Origin: Chiloscyllium plagiosum
Taxonomy: Eukaryota
NCBI RefSeq assembly: GCF_004010195.1
Contig: NC_057719.1
Span: 38,438,758-38,474,817 of the forward strand
DNA: 36,060 bases
Direction of reading: 5' to 3'
A program made the position numbers and the translations under genes. Positions 1 to 36,060 of this stretch are shown piece after piece (position 1 is the first letter of the stretch; every line of letters begins with the position of its first letter). The notes beneath the pieces were generated by a model that was not told the origin of the DNA, did no database searches, and saw only the letters and a program-made list of their open reading frames with translations.

Positions 1-544
1 TAATTTCTGAAATAGCAATACAAAGGTATTTCATAACCTAACAATATTTATTAATCAAGATGAAAACAAAATCAACTGAAGTAACTTATTAGGAAATTAT
101 CCAAACGTATTTAAAACCACAATCATTAATCATGCAACCACTTCATGTCACTCTGCACTTTCACTTGTGTGAGATTTTTAGCCAGTGCTATGTCTATTCA
201 GTAAGTGATTATGTCACAATATTCTAGTTTAATCACGGGGATAGGTTCAGACTTTTACTACCTAGAAGACACTGGGTGCAAATTTCAGTGTGCATGTAAT
301 TACACTATACTGTACTTCCTTATTTCCATTTCTCAGGGGCAAGATATGCCACTAGCTGCTTCCTCCAATGTACAGAGATATTGGTGTACAGAGGTACACC
401 TCTGGAAAGCATTCTGTAAAGATATGGGTGTCCACAACTACACTCCTGCTGGCAATCTGCAAAGATTGTATACAGGTGCATATATGTACCATGACATTAA
501 CTTGCAGTATTCCAATGTCACAAAGCTTAACTGGTATGTGTTGA

Positions 545-814
545 GATGTGGGCATTACTGTCTGGCCAGCAATTATTGCTTGTCCCTACTCAGCCCTTGA
601 GAAGGTGGTGGTGAGCTGCCTTCTTGAACTGCCGCAATCCATATGCTGCTAGTTGACTCACAATGTCATTAGGTAGGGAATTCCAGGATTTTGAACAATA
701 ACAGTGAAGGAACTCCGATATATTTACAAGTTAGGCTGGTGAGTGGCTTGGTGGAGAACTGGCATATGGTATTGATCCCATGGAGCTGCTGCCCTTGTCC
801 TTCTAGATGGAAGT
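545..814 (-). mobile_element. 3' end of a common shark LINE (ORF ending ...QxFKKAAHHHLLKG-type)
   Basis: gaaggtggtggtgagctgccttcttgaac is the reverse complement of the family tail also seen at 1480-1677, 31010-31222 and 33755-34370. Confidence 0.7.
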
Positions 815-1109
815 TTGTGTACTCAAGAAATAAAAAGATGTGGCTTCAAGATGAACCCTTCAGTAATGTTATTTAAAGAGGTAGACAGCTAGATTTTTAT
901 CCCTTGCAAAGTGGCACTCAATGATTTTGGGATATTTGGTGAGGTCTAGTATCTAACAGACAGCATTGCTGTTCTTTGCAGGAGTGGATGTGAGCTGTGT
1001 ATATAGAGGCTGCAACAAGTATGAGCTCAGTGGCAGCATGCATCTGAATCTGCAACATAACACAGTGGCAAGGCAGCTCTGTGCCATCCCTATACAAAGA
1101 GAAGCAAAG

Positions 1110-1460
1110 AATAATTAAAGAACTGTCAGCCAAAAACATTCTTCTAAAATAGTAAAAAAGTGGTGAAAGATAGGGTTTATTAGGGACCAAAAAGGAGAAT
1201 TACACAGGAAGGCAAGGGGCATGGCTGAGGTATTACATGAATATGTTGCATCTGGCTTTACCAAAGAGAGAGATGCTAGCTAGGCCATGATGAAACAGGA
1301 AGTAACCCAGAGTTCACAACTGGTAAGAAAATTATGTTGGATAAGCTGTTGGAACTCAAAGTTGCCATGTTACTTGGATCAGATGAGATGCATCCAAGGA
1401 ATGTGAACGAAGTGAGTAGAATTTGAGGGATACTGGCCACAATCTTTCAGTTTTCTCTAG
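1110..1460 (+). mobile_element. Degenerate CR1 LINE ORF2 fragment
   Basis: Remnant ggcatggctgaggtattacatgaatatgttgcatctgg...gatgagatgcatccaagg resembles the CR1 region between endonuclease and RT seen at about 25400-25700. Confidence 0.5.
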
Positions 1461-1479
1461 TCTCCCTTTCAAGCCATGC

Positions 1480-1677
1480 ATCATACTGACTTGGCAATAT
1501 TTCATGGTTCCTTCAGTGTGGCTGGGTCAAAGTCATTTGTCCTCAATAGCATTATGGACAAACCTACAAAATATAGACTGCAGTGGTTTGAGAAAGCAGC
1601 TCACCACCACCTTTTCAAGGGCACTAAATGCTGGTTTTGCCAGTGATGCTCACATCCCATGTATAAACTAATAAAAA
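1480..1677 (+). mobile_element. 3' end of the same shark LINE family as 545-814
   Basis: gactgcagtggtttgagaaagcagctcaccaccaccttttcaagggc...cacatcccatg followed by an A-rich tail. Confidence 0.7.
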
Positions 1678-2267
1678 AGCCAGATAGGATGATGATTTGT
1701 TGGGACTTGTTAAGGGTCCATTATACAAATTGGCTAGCATCCTCAACATACTCAGCAACATGGCCAGCATCATGATGGGAGAACTACCTTCTCTGTAGGA
1801 TTCAGGTGATGCAGGTTTTCCATCACCTGTCAATTCTGCATGGCTTCTTTCTAGCCTATCACACATTGTTCTGCAAGGACAGGCAACATATGAGTGCGAA
1901 CATAGCTCTGTGATTGAGTGACATTCCTGTCATGGCTAAATAGTTGGAAGTAGGCAGCGAGATGAATTGGAGAATGGCAACATGGGTAGATGTGTGAGGG
2001 TGCGTTGGAGTTTGTTGATGTTAGTTGGGTTCTGAGCATCAGGTTGTGTTGACACCATGTGGCAGAATTGAGATCATTTGACTCTTTGTGGAACTGCTCT
2101 TGTTGATTATGACAAGTAAAATGATTCTAGAATTATTTTTCCATCTTAATTGTCCATTTGCTCTGTGAAATTAAGTACAAACAGTTTTTTCTAGTTTTTC
2201 ATCATGTTAATCTGATTCAAACAGCAAGGAAAATTTAGTACAAAACAGTCTCTTTCTGACTAATCTC

Positions 2268-2579
2268 GGTTAGCACTGCTGCCTCACAGCACCAGGGTCC
2301 CAGGTTCGATTCCAACCTTGGGCGACTGTCTGTGTGGAGTTTGCACGTTCTCCCAGTGTCTGCGTGGGTTTCCTCCGGGTGCTCCGGTTTCCTACCACAG
2401 TCACAAAGATGTGCAGGTTAGGTGAATTGGCCATGTTAAATTACCCATAGTGTTAGGTGCATTAGTCAGGGGTAAATGTAGGGGAATGGGTCTGGGTGGG
2501 TTGCTCTTCGGAGGGTCGGTGTGGACTTGTTGGGCCGAAAGGCCTGTTTCCACACTGTAGGGAATCGAATCTAAACTAA
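2268..2579 (+). mobile_element. HE1-type (V-SINE) tRNA-derived SINE, nearly full length
   Basis: tRNA-like head with B box GGTTCGATTCC (2303-2313), V-domain tgtgtggagtttgcacgttctccc...tttcctccgggtgctccggtttcct, and a CR1-like tail gggccgaaaggcctgtttccacactgtag. Confidence 0.88.
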
Positions 2580-3799
2580 GAAGTGTAGTCTTTGCAGTGT
2601 TAAAGTGAAACTTCCTTTTGCTAAGAAATTCCATACCGGTCTCCTACTTTATTTGTGCTCGTGGGAGCAGAAATCCCTTAATGAAGAAACAAACAGAATT
2701 TATTAACTAGTCTTGAGGATTCTGGACCTACTCTTTGGTAGTGAGAACTGGGCATAATCACAGTTGACAGTCAATATTTTAGTTACAATTAACATCTCCA
2801 GTACAGATCTCCAAAGTTACACTGTATAACACTTTATGCTGGAGTTTCTAAAATAAAGAGTAGGGATTAAAACAGATAGTGAACAACTCAATTGGTCTGA
2901 AAGCACCGATGAAGAGATAAACAGTGTCCACAAATATATCAAGTTTTGTTAAATTAACTGTAAAAATAAATTCAGCAATTTGTGGTTTGAACAATCTGCA
3001 ATCACATCTATTTCACAGCACAATTCTTTTGATTTCTAATTATGCTAATTCCATTCACAGAAATTCCAACTTCATGCATTACCAAACTTTTAACCAATTT
3101 TGTCCTGAGCCATTTCTCTTACTGCTCCAATTCGAAACCTTTACATTAGTAATGTTTTCTTTGAAGACAGAAGAACTCATTTAGTATCTCAGCCATGTCC
3201 CATTTTCCACAATAAAATGCCTTTTAGATTCCTACTCATATTCTTAACTTATCATTTATGAACATTTGAATTGCGGATGAGGATACCTTCCCCTAATCTG
3301 CTCTCTCCTTCCTTTTTGCCAGTCTTTTGTACTTTTTGCATTGAGATTGATCCTGCATTATGAACATGAAATTGAAGCCTTTATTTTCAGTTTAATTTTG
3401 CATAAATTCACAGTATCTTATAGCATTTGGCGGGTTATAGCTGGATCTTTTAACAAGTTAGCCAAATCAGTTCTCTCCCTCAGGTTTTTTCAGTGTAATT
3501 AATTAGTCCTTTGTAGAACTTGATTCTATCACTCATTAATCTTAAGTACCCTATGTGTGAACAATATTCTCATTTCCCTTTGAACTATTTTTCAATAAGT
3601 TACAATTTTGACTTGATAATGCAAGTGACAAACTATATTCTATTTGATTGTAATAGTTGTAAACAGCTTCTCTGTAATGAAGAATGGCCGTATGTTAAAA
3701 GTTTTATGGTCACCTTTGCAGCTCACACACGGACTCTTTTCCATCTGAAATTCTTTGCACGACTGCGAATTGCTGCTAGAAAAATGTCCATTATTGATC

Positions 3800-3980
3800 A
3801 TTCTTCCATTACACCGTAACTTGCGTGTTTTGCACTTGTTATGCATTTTATGCCGTGTACGACTGTGTAGTTTGTGCTGTCCATGTAGCACCCTCTGTCC
3901 TGGAGGAACGCTGTCTTGTTTTACTGTATCTGTTTTATTTGTCACTTCTATCAATATACATGTTACTCTACTCTCCTCTC
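3800..3980 (+). mobile_element. Possible Rex1/Babar-type LINE 3' tail
   Basis: tgtagcaccctctgtcctggaggaacgctgtcttgttttactgt resembles a fish LINE 3' UTR motif (recalled); followed by a short ctcta/ctctc tail. Confidence 0.35.
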
Positions 3981-4361
3981 CAATGCTTTGAGGTAAAAAG
4001 AATGTTACGCAAGGGCACAGCTATGTTTTAAATTATATTAGTTTTGCATGATTATTTTGAGTTTAAACCTATTTAGGTATGAACAGGTTTTGTGGAACCA
4101 TACATGGTTCTTTTAATTAAGGAATGTTGATAGACTTTGGAACATTTGGGATGGTAGTTAATCACAGGGCGGGGGGAGATGGTGACACAACATTTTCATA
4201 GTCAAACAGCTTATTGCTAACTGGCTTCATTGGTGCCATATGAAGATGTAATTAAAAATGGCAGGTTGATAAAGAAAAACTGTTACAAAAGGGCTGACCG
4301 TACCTGGTGTTAAAAAAAAATTGAAGCAGATGACAGGAAATGACATCAAAATGCCCATTAC

Positions 4362-5346
4362 AAATCCAACATAGAGAGGAGTATACTTTCTGTCAGCACT
4401 TCATATCATCAATTGGGAAGTGCCTCATCAGATGAGTTTGATCGACTCTGCAGGGTGTGGGAGAGAGAGTGCAGTGTTGAAGTCTTCTCAGATGCATGGG
4501 AAGATATTTGGGAAAATACAAAAAAAATACCAATTTGCAATAGGACCTATGCTTTACAGTTAAAGATTCTCCACAGGGTCCACTTGGCTCCAGATTGTTT
4601 GTCAACATGGAAACCAGGGGCATCTTCAACATGTCCCAAATGCAAGGTCTGTACGGGCACTCTTACCCATTGTTTCTGGTCTTGTGGTAGGCTTCAAACA
4701 TACTGGAGTGCTGTTGCAGGTGCAAGACAGAGGATTTTGGGTGTAAGGGTGGAGAAGGACCCGATTTCTCTTCTTCTGGGTCTGCCCAGTCTATTCCCTG
4801 CAGTCTATTCCCTGCAGATGCGCATAAGGGAAAAAAACTTTTCAACATCCTCACTTTTTGCGCAAGAATGTCTTGCTAGGTTGGGTATCCGAACCCCCCC
4901 CCTCCCCCCAGACCTGTCAGGTTGGCAGATTGTTATGGAGCATGTTCCCATATTCCCATGGATTTTCTCACAAGTATGGTACCCCCCAAAACAGAATTTT
5001 TATAAGACATGGCACCCCGTTTTCGAATATCTGGACACAGATTTATCTGCCACACTAACAAGGGCTTTTATATAACCATAACGATTATGTTTTAAGAGTC
5101 CAATGTCCAGGGAGGACAAACTGAACGTATGAGTGTCTTGTTTGGCTGAGTTATTACTATTTATTAGTTTGTTATTGGTTATTATTTATTTAGTTTAATA
5201 GTTAGTTGGGTTTTTATTCCATATTTTTCTGTATATATTTATACATTTGTATATGAGGGTGGGTTGGATTTTGAAAAACTTTTTTTTTGTTCTGTTTTGA
5301 ATGTTATAATATTTAAAAATCTATTTTTTCAATAAAAATATTTTAA
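4362..5346 (+). mobile_element. 5'-truncated L1/Tx1-clade LINE with a 14-bp target-site duplication
   Basis: ORF 4413..5075 carries L1 ORF2 C-terminal motifs (KILHRVHL, CPKC...GTLTHCFWSC zinc knuckle). T-rich 3' UTR, AATAAA at 5331-5336, short A tail. Flanked by AAAATGCCCATTAC at 4348-4361 and 5347-5360. Confidence 0.9.
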
Positions 5347-5384
5347 AAAATGCCCATTACTCTTAAAGAAACCAATTAGAACTT

Positions 5385-5470
5385 GAGGATTGTCAGATCA
5401 GCCACGACCTCATTAACAACAGAGCAGACTCAATGGCCTGAATGGTATACTTCTGCTCCTATGTCTTAAG
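5385..5470 (+). mobile_element. Short CR1 3'-tail fragment
   Basis: agatcagccacgacctcatt...gagcagactcaatggcctgaatgg...cttctgctcctatgtctta, a typical CR1 tail also seen at about 11110-11185. Confidence 0.6.
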
Positions 5471-5989
5471 GATAGGAATAGGAGCTGATCTGAGATTGAT
5501 CATGTCTTATCAATGCATTGGCAAGCCAATAAATTTCATGATATCCCGGCTTAATAAGGGTTAACAAGTGATGCTTCTTAGTGTTTCAATACACAAGATA
5601 GACAAAAGAGAGGAGAACTTCAGTCAACAGAACAAGAAATGTTTGCCTAGTTAATCAGTGTCATGAGGTGGCATGCCAAAGTGGATCAACTAAACAATCA
5701 CTGCTTTTATTCAGTATAATTTATTCTGTAATTCATTTGATAAAGTTAAATTCTGCAAACCTTCTGAAAACATATTTGAAATCAGAATGATCTTGGCTGG
5801 TAAACTTTTAGATTGGCTCTTTCAACTCAATTTATAATTGTTATTGACCTCAGTCTTATGGTACAAGTGACCCCCAAAATTGTACACTACCCAGCTGCCG
5901 TGCTAATTATTTTGAATAAATCGCCTTGGGTCACTGATCCACTGCCCAGAGGAAACAATTTCGCCCTACTTGCTTTATCAAACACCTCA

Positions 5990-6280
5990 AAATATTGGAG
6001 GTTTTCTTAACCTGTTCTGTTTAAGGAAGAACAATCTCTCTACACACCTGAAGCCCCTCAACCTAATATTATCATGGTAAACATTCCCAGTACTCTGTCC
6101 CCAAAGTCTTGGCATCCTTCCTAAAGTGGTGGTGCCTAGAATTGGTCACAATACTTTGGCAGAACCATAACCCATAAGATATAGGAGCAGAATCAGGCCA
6201 TTTGGCTCTCAAGTCTGTTCTGCTATTCGATTATGACTCTCAACACCATTCTCCTGCCTTCTCCACATAACCCTTGATAA
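5990..6280 (-). mobile_element. Degenerate CR1 fragments (RT end and 3' tail)
   Basis: catccttcctaaagtgg..gcctagaattggtcacaatact and cataagatataggagcagaatcaggccatttggc are reverse CR1 signatures. Confidence 0.55.
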
Positions 6281-7589
6281 CCAGAGAATTATAAAGATTT
6301 GGGGTTGAAAGGAGAAGGGTGATTTTTGAGGATTTTGATATGGATTCACTACATGTAAAGTAGTACTTTTAATATTGCAACTAGTGAATTTGTAGAAATT
6401 TGTCTATTGTGAAGGTTCATGATATATATCATTAGGTAAGCTTGGATTCTGAAGTGGACAGAACCATTACAGATTTGACTTTGTATTTTTATATCGTATG
6501 GATAAAGGGATGTAATTTCATTTTTGAGTTGAGTGTGGTATTGTATAGGATAGTCTGGAGGTTGTATATATGCATTAAAATTAGGTCTTTGGAATATGAT
6601 TTTTTTTTTGTTGAGAGTACATTTCCAGCCTATGAGCCTATCCAGTGATTGACCACCATGGGAAACAAATAATAATCAAACTTAGTCTATTAAATTAGAT
6701 TTCACTAATGTGTCCAGTACTACCAGCAAGTGGAATAATGATATATGGCTTTCAATTTAAAGAATTTGATAAATATAATGCATTTCATGTACAAAAATTA
6801 AAGTCTGTCTCCATTTGGGTTATTTGTTTATAAATACAAATTTAATAAACATCATTTTTGTTCCTTTTACATTACTTCTGCAAGTAGAGCTGGCAGAACG
6901 GTCTCCAACGTGGCAAGTGTGATAGTGAGGTAATGGGACAGGATTGATTTTAAATCTGGAAAAATGTATTCTTGCAAAATACCCTACTTTTTGTCTAAAA
7001 ATGCAGTTTGACCTTTACATACACATCTACACATGAAGAAAAGCAGTGTTCTGAATAGTGATAGCATGCAGTTGGGACTCCGACATTTGCAGTAGTAAAA
7101 AAAAACTTGTCCCTTAAAGAACTATGTAGCCATATTATCACTGTTTATTAACCTATGCTTTTTTTCCCTGAATATATAAGATACATACATTGTCAAATGC
7201 CTTTTTACTGGATTTCTTTCTTCAATTCTTTAGTCTTACAAGAAACTTGAGCCTTATACTCTTCTTTTAGTTTGGAATGCAGTTAGTCTATACTAACATA
7301 TATCACTCCTTTAAAGCCTCATTGTTTTTTCATTACTTTACTCAAGTCTGTCTTTCTTTTGTTGCTTTATCCTGATTCCTGTCCTGTTCAGGTTCAACTG
7401 ACAACTTAATATTCACCCCTCTAGTTCCAGTACTGGTACCAATACTTCAAGAATCTGAAGACTTCCTTTTAGCATCATTCTCTGTTACTACTTATTGAGG
7501 CTGCTAAAATAGTAAAGAACTTCAAAACGTGTTAATGTTCCTTTGATATTTCAGGGTCTTTGTTCACGTAGACACAGACTATTAAACAG

Positions 7590-8983
7590 TTTGTTACCTC
7601 CCTCTTATGCTTTATTGACAGGTCAATATTCAGTATTTTGTCAAAGCACAATTCCATAATTACAAAGAGTGGTTAGCTAATTTTTAACACTATCCACTTT
7701 CACAAATTAACATTAAAAAAAACTGTTTGTTTCACCAGTAGTGTTAGGCTCCACAGTGAGCCCTTTTAAGTAAATGAAAGAAGTTTGATTAGTTGCTTAA
7801 CGTGGCACGTCACAATTATCCACTCAGTCAGGAATCTGGGTGACTAAAACATGCAAGCTCTTTGCAGTGATCTTGAACGGGAAATCATACTGCATCTGTA
7901 TGAATAATAAATTGTCTCAAATACAGCACAGAAGGCACACAGGTGTGATGACAAATTGAATATACTGGCTGTGATGTATAAGCCTTTAATGCAATATGGA
8001 CAATTCAATGAGTAATAATGTTATCATACACCGAACATGAGTTATATATACATTGACACACGCACACATTAATTGCATCCACCAGGAGCACATCATCTGG
8101 GTGCATATCAAAATGTACAAGACTACTGTGGATATCTTTTGATTTTAAACCAGTACAACATGTTTTGATGGTATGTATTTTCATGCAAAAACTGAATTAG
8201 AAAATGATCAAATTAATGTAGCTTTCTTGTATCCCAGAGTCCAATACCTTATATTTATACTACCTCTGATCAGCAATTAGGACAATCATATTTTGTCAAA
8301 TCTTACAATAATTGTATATTTGAGAATGCAGCAGGTCCAGGTCTGGTGTTTCCCAGCATTAACATTTCTGCATTGGGTCCATAGACATTGAGAAACATAG
8401 ATATGGTCTTTCACTACAATACAGCACAAAGAAAGGACATCTATGTCAAAGGTTAAAAACAGTAATACAAAAAGCAACTAAAATTCTTATTCACAGTATT
8501 ATTTACTAGTGTCATGTATACCCTGAAGAAAACTTTTTTTCTTTTTTTATATATAAACTAAGATACAGGAACAGTACATGGACAATTTTATTTCACCATT
8601 TACCAACTATATTAGAAATTTGGAAGGAACGTTTGGTGTGAAAGAAGGAGTGGGCTTCACAATCCCAAAATCATTTGGTTGTTAAATGCTGCAACTTAAC
8701 AACAACACTGCACAAAACCGTAATCACAAAGAATACGAGTGACACTTAGTCAGTCATTTTACTGGGCTGACAGTCAAAATAAGCTGGAAATGTTCGTAAA
8801 GGAGCCTGAATATATAATTTAATGTGCAATCAGCAAGAATTAACAGAAGAAATTATTCTCCATTCTTGGCACTTTCTTGGAGCAATTCAGCAAAAATCCA
8901 TTTTGCAAGAGGAAAATAATCTATGAAATGGAGAATCCTATTGTGTAGTTTGGTGAACTGCAAAGTATTACTGGAGGCAAACG
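7590..8983 (-). other. CDC42BPB: Probable CDC42BPB 3' UTR
   Basis: AT-rich stretch with no recognisable repeats after the stop codon, ending near an AATAAA at 7611-7616 (minus strand). The 3' end is inferred. Confidence 0.6.
7611..7616 (-). terminator. Candidate polyadenylation signal AATAAA
   Basis: Plus strand reads tttatt; on the minus strand a GU-rich element (TAGTCTGTGTCTACGTG) follows about 30 nt downstream. Confidence 0.5.
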
Positions 8984-33694
<24,711 letters not shown>

Positions 33695-33754
33695 CTGCAA
33701 ATAAAAAAAGTTTAACAATGATAATCACATCATTATGAATAAAACAAAATCAAA

Positions 33755-34370
33755 TCTAAATAAACAGGATGTCGGCATCATTGGTTAGGCAAGCATTTAT
33801 TGCCCAATTCTAATTGATCTGAAGAATGTAGAAGCTGCATTCTTGAACCACAGCTGCCTTTGGGGTGCAGAATCACTCATAGTACTTTTAGAAAGTGAAT
33901 TCCAGGATTTGACCCAGCAACAGTGGAGAAGAAAAATGATACAGTTCCAAGTCTGGATGCTGATTAACTTACAGGTCATGGTGTTCTCATGTACTTGTGT
34001 TCTTGTCCTAGGTAGTAGAGATTTAGATTTGGAAGGTAGTATTGAAAAAGGCTTTGTACTGCATCTTGCAGATGGTACACATTGGAAGGTATATAACAAG
34101 ATAAGTGAAGTGAACAGTAATCAATCACACTCCTAAATTATGCTTTGTCAATAGTGGACAAGTGTTTGGATGACTGATGGGGAGCTATTTGCCACAGAAT
34201 TCCTAGCTTCTGACCTGCTCTTGTATTAACATCATTGGGGAATGATCCAGTCAGTTTCCAGACAATGGTAACTGTCAGGGTGCTGACAGTTGAGGATTCA
34301 GTGATGATATTACAATTGAATATCAGCAGTTGATGGTTGAACTCTCATGTTGGAGATGGTCACTGCCTGG
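33755..34370 (-). mobile_element. Shark LINE 3' fragment (same family as 545-814)
   Basis: agcatttattgcccaattctaattg...tcttgaaccacagctgc...gaattccaggatttgacccagcaacagtgg; extends into RT-end remnants. Confidence 0.7.
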
Positions 34371-34780
34371 TTCCTTATCTGATGTGAATAATCATATCAA
34401 GGAAAGCTTAAAGAAAAGCTCAGAAAAAGGGTGCCCCTTTTGTAAATTTTATCAGCTATCCCAACCTCTGCTATTTAGCTCAATCAGAATGAGCACTGGC
34501 TACTTACTAGGCCCTCAACAAACAGCATATACAATGGTTGGATGTAGTGCAGCTGAGAAATAAACTGATTTTATGGATAATCTTTGGAAGCTGCATGACT
34601 GCCCTCATTCTTAGTTGTAAAATACTTGAAAGCTATTCTCAAATTTATAAAGCTGCATCTAATTTTCTGATTCAGAAAAAGATTAAATAAAAGACCACAG
34701 GACTCTCAATCACCCACTATTACTTTGGTGGAAGAATTGTGAAAATCCTAAAAAACAGATGCGTTTTGGGAAAGAATTTA

Positions 34781-34971
34781 AACTGAAAGATCTGTGGATG
34801 CTGTAAATCAGAAAGAAAACAAATTGCTGGAATAGCTCAGCAGGTTAGGCAGCATCTGTGAAGAGAAATCAGAGTTAATGCTTCAGGTCTGGGACCTTTC
34901 CTCAGAACGTTAACTTTGATTTCACAGATGCTGTTTGACCTGCTGAGCTTTTCCAGCAATTTCTGATTTTG
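34781..34971. repeat. Palindromic (fold-back) short element related to the Penelope-like family
   Basis: Arms 34821-34862 and 34921-34962 are reverse complements (38/42), with inner arms 34868-34880 and 34908-34920. Confidence 0.75.
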
Positions 34972-35944
34972 ATGGGAAGGAACTTGTTTGATGAAATAAT
35001 TTACATAACGAATTTGTCAAAACTATTCAAGATAAAAGAAACAGAGAAACTTATTTACAGATATTTATTAATTTAGATTGCACACGCACGATTAAATTCA
35101 TAGAATGCAGTGGGGAATGCAAATGAAGGCTAATGAGGGTATTCCTGTATACCACATTAAGTTTGAGATGAGACTGATTAAGACATTTGTAAATAATTTG
35201 TTGCAGTGACCTCAATGAAGTCAGTCTTGTGAAAAACACAACTAAATGCCAGGAGCCCACACCTAGACTGACAATAGTAAATTCCAAGAGCAGTAGTTGA
35301 TCATCCCCAGGCAAGAACTGCTCAATAGGGATTGCAATGATCAGAGGTCAGATCTATAGCTTTGTGTATTGACAGCAATACTCCAAGGTAGAGGTCAGGC
35401 ACAGAGGCAGAGAACTCTATTGACATTCGGCATTGACAACTGAGATACTTAATAGTTAATGACTTACAACAAGACACTAACAGTACGTAATATGTTTTGT
35501 TATTTTCTAGCTAATGAGAAGTGCTTCAGCATAGATTAAATTTCCTATAAACTTTATTGTCTATATATAATAGGCAAAATAGATAATTTTTGTTTCGTAT
35601 ACAATTCGCCCATTCAGCTTAGAATATTCCTCAAATAATGCAGAACCAAAGACAGAAACAGATCGCTCATGTGAGATCTCAATATTCAATTTACACAATG
35701 AGGACTTCATGGTCAGGACATGAGAGTCACATTATAATATGTTTAGGTATTGAACAATGAAGGCAAGGGATTTGACGAATGCCTACAGAATGCTTACTAA
35801 TGCAAAATCTAAAACTGGTGCTGATCTAAAGATTTTGGCATTTAGTTTGTAAGCAATGGAAAGCTACAACTGCCGAGTCATTTTTGGATTCTTCCAATTA
35901 AAAAAAGCCATAGTAAACCTTAATGGTAGGTTACATAACTATTA

Positions 35945-36060
35945 GGAGAAAGTGAGGACTGCAGATGCTGGAGATCAGAGATGAAAATGTGTTGCTATAA
36001 AAGCGCAGCAGGTCAGGCAGCATCCAAGGAGCAGGAGAATCGACGTTTCGGGCATGAGCC
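35945..36060 (+). mobile_element. Short Penelope-like repeat, cut by the window edge
   Basis: gagaaagtgaggactgcagatgctggagatcagag...gcagcatccaaggagcaggagaatcgacgtttcgggcatgagcc; CpGs retained, suggesting a young copy. Confidence 0.7.

Noticed and set aside
205..600. 131-aa ORF with a strong-looking acceptor (ttccatttctcag at 324-336) and a donor-like gtaagt at 201-206
   Set aside because: No recognisable protein in any frame, and the 3' end runs into a LINE tail. It could be a non-coding exon but the sequence alone does not support that.
6280..6660. Strongly G/T-skewed stretch with a 68-aa ORF
   Set aside because: No recognisable motif or family; probably an old repeat remnant.
1..7500. Expected convergent neighbour AMN (adjacent to CDC42BPB in human)
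   Set aside because: I found no plus-strand exon with amnionless-like sequence such as FxNPxF motifs.

Overview
Vertebrate genomic DNA, not prokaryotic. The repeats (HE1/V-SINE-type SINEs, abundant CR1 LINEs, short Penelope-like elements) point to a shark, plausibly a bamboo/carpet shark (inference). The minus strand carries the 3' part of a CDC42BPB (MRCK-beta kinase) orthologue. I mapped 11 phase-consistent GT-AG coding exons by hand (33694 down to the TAA at 8984; 560 aa covering the end of the PH domain, the CNH domain, CRIB and the Ser/Pro tail), followed by a 3' UTR of about 1.4 kb. Introns and the left flank hold decayed and nested retroelements. The most interesting signal is a putative RNA-structure splicing switch around the CRIB exon. 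A cassette exon missed by the ORF track (16411-16587) encodes a second CRIB-like motif followed by an in-frame TGA. It contains a perfect 18-nt complement of intron positions +4 to +21 at an upstream 5' splice site (17949-17966). The whole frame-symmetric 531-nt exon block around CRIB is also bracketed by two long, oppositely oriented copies of one CR1 family, an arrangement that favours circRNA formation or exon skipping. Family assignments rest on recalled sequences, no searches were run, and repeat boundaries are approximate.
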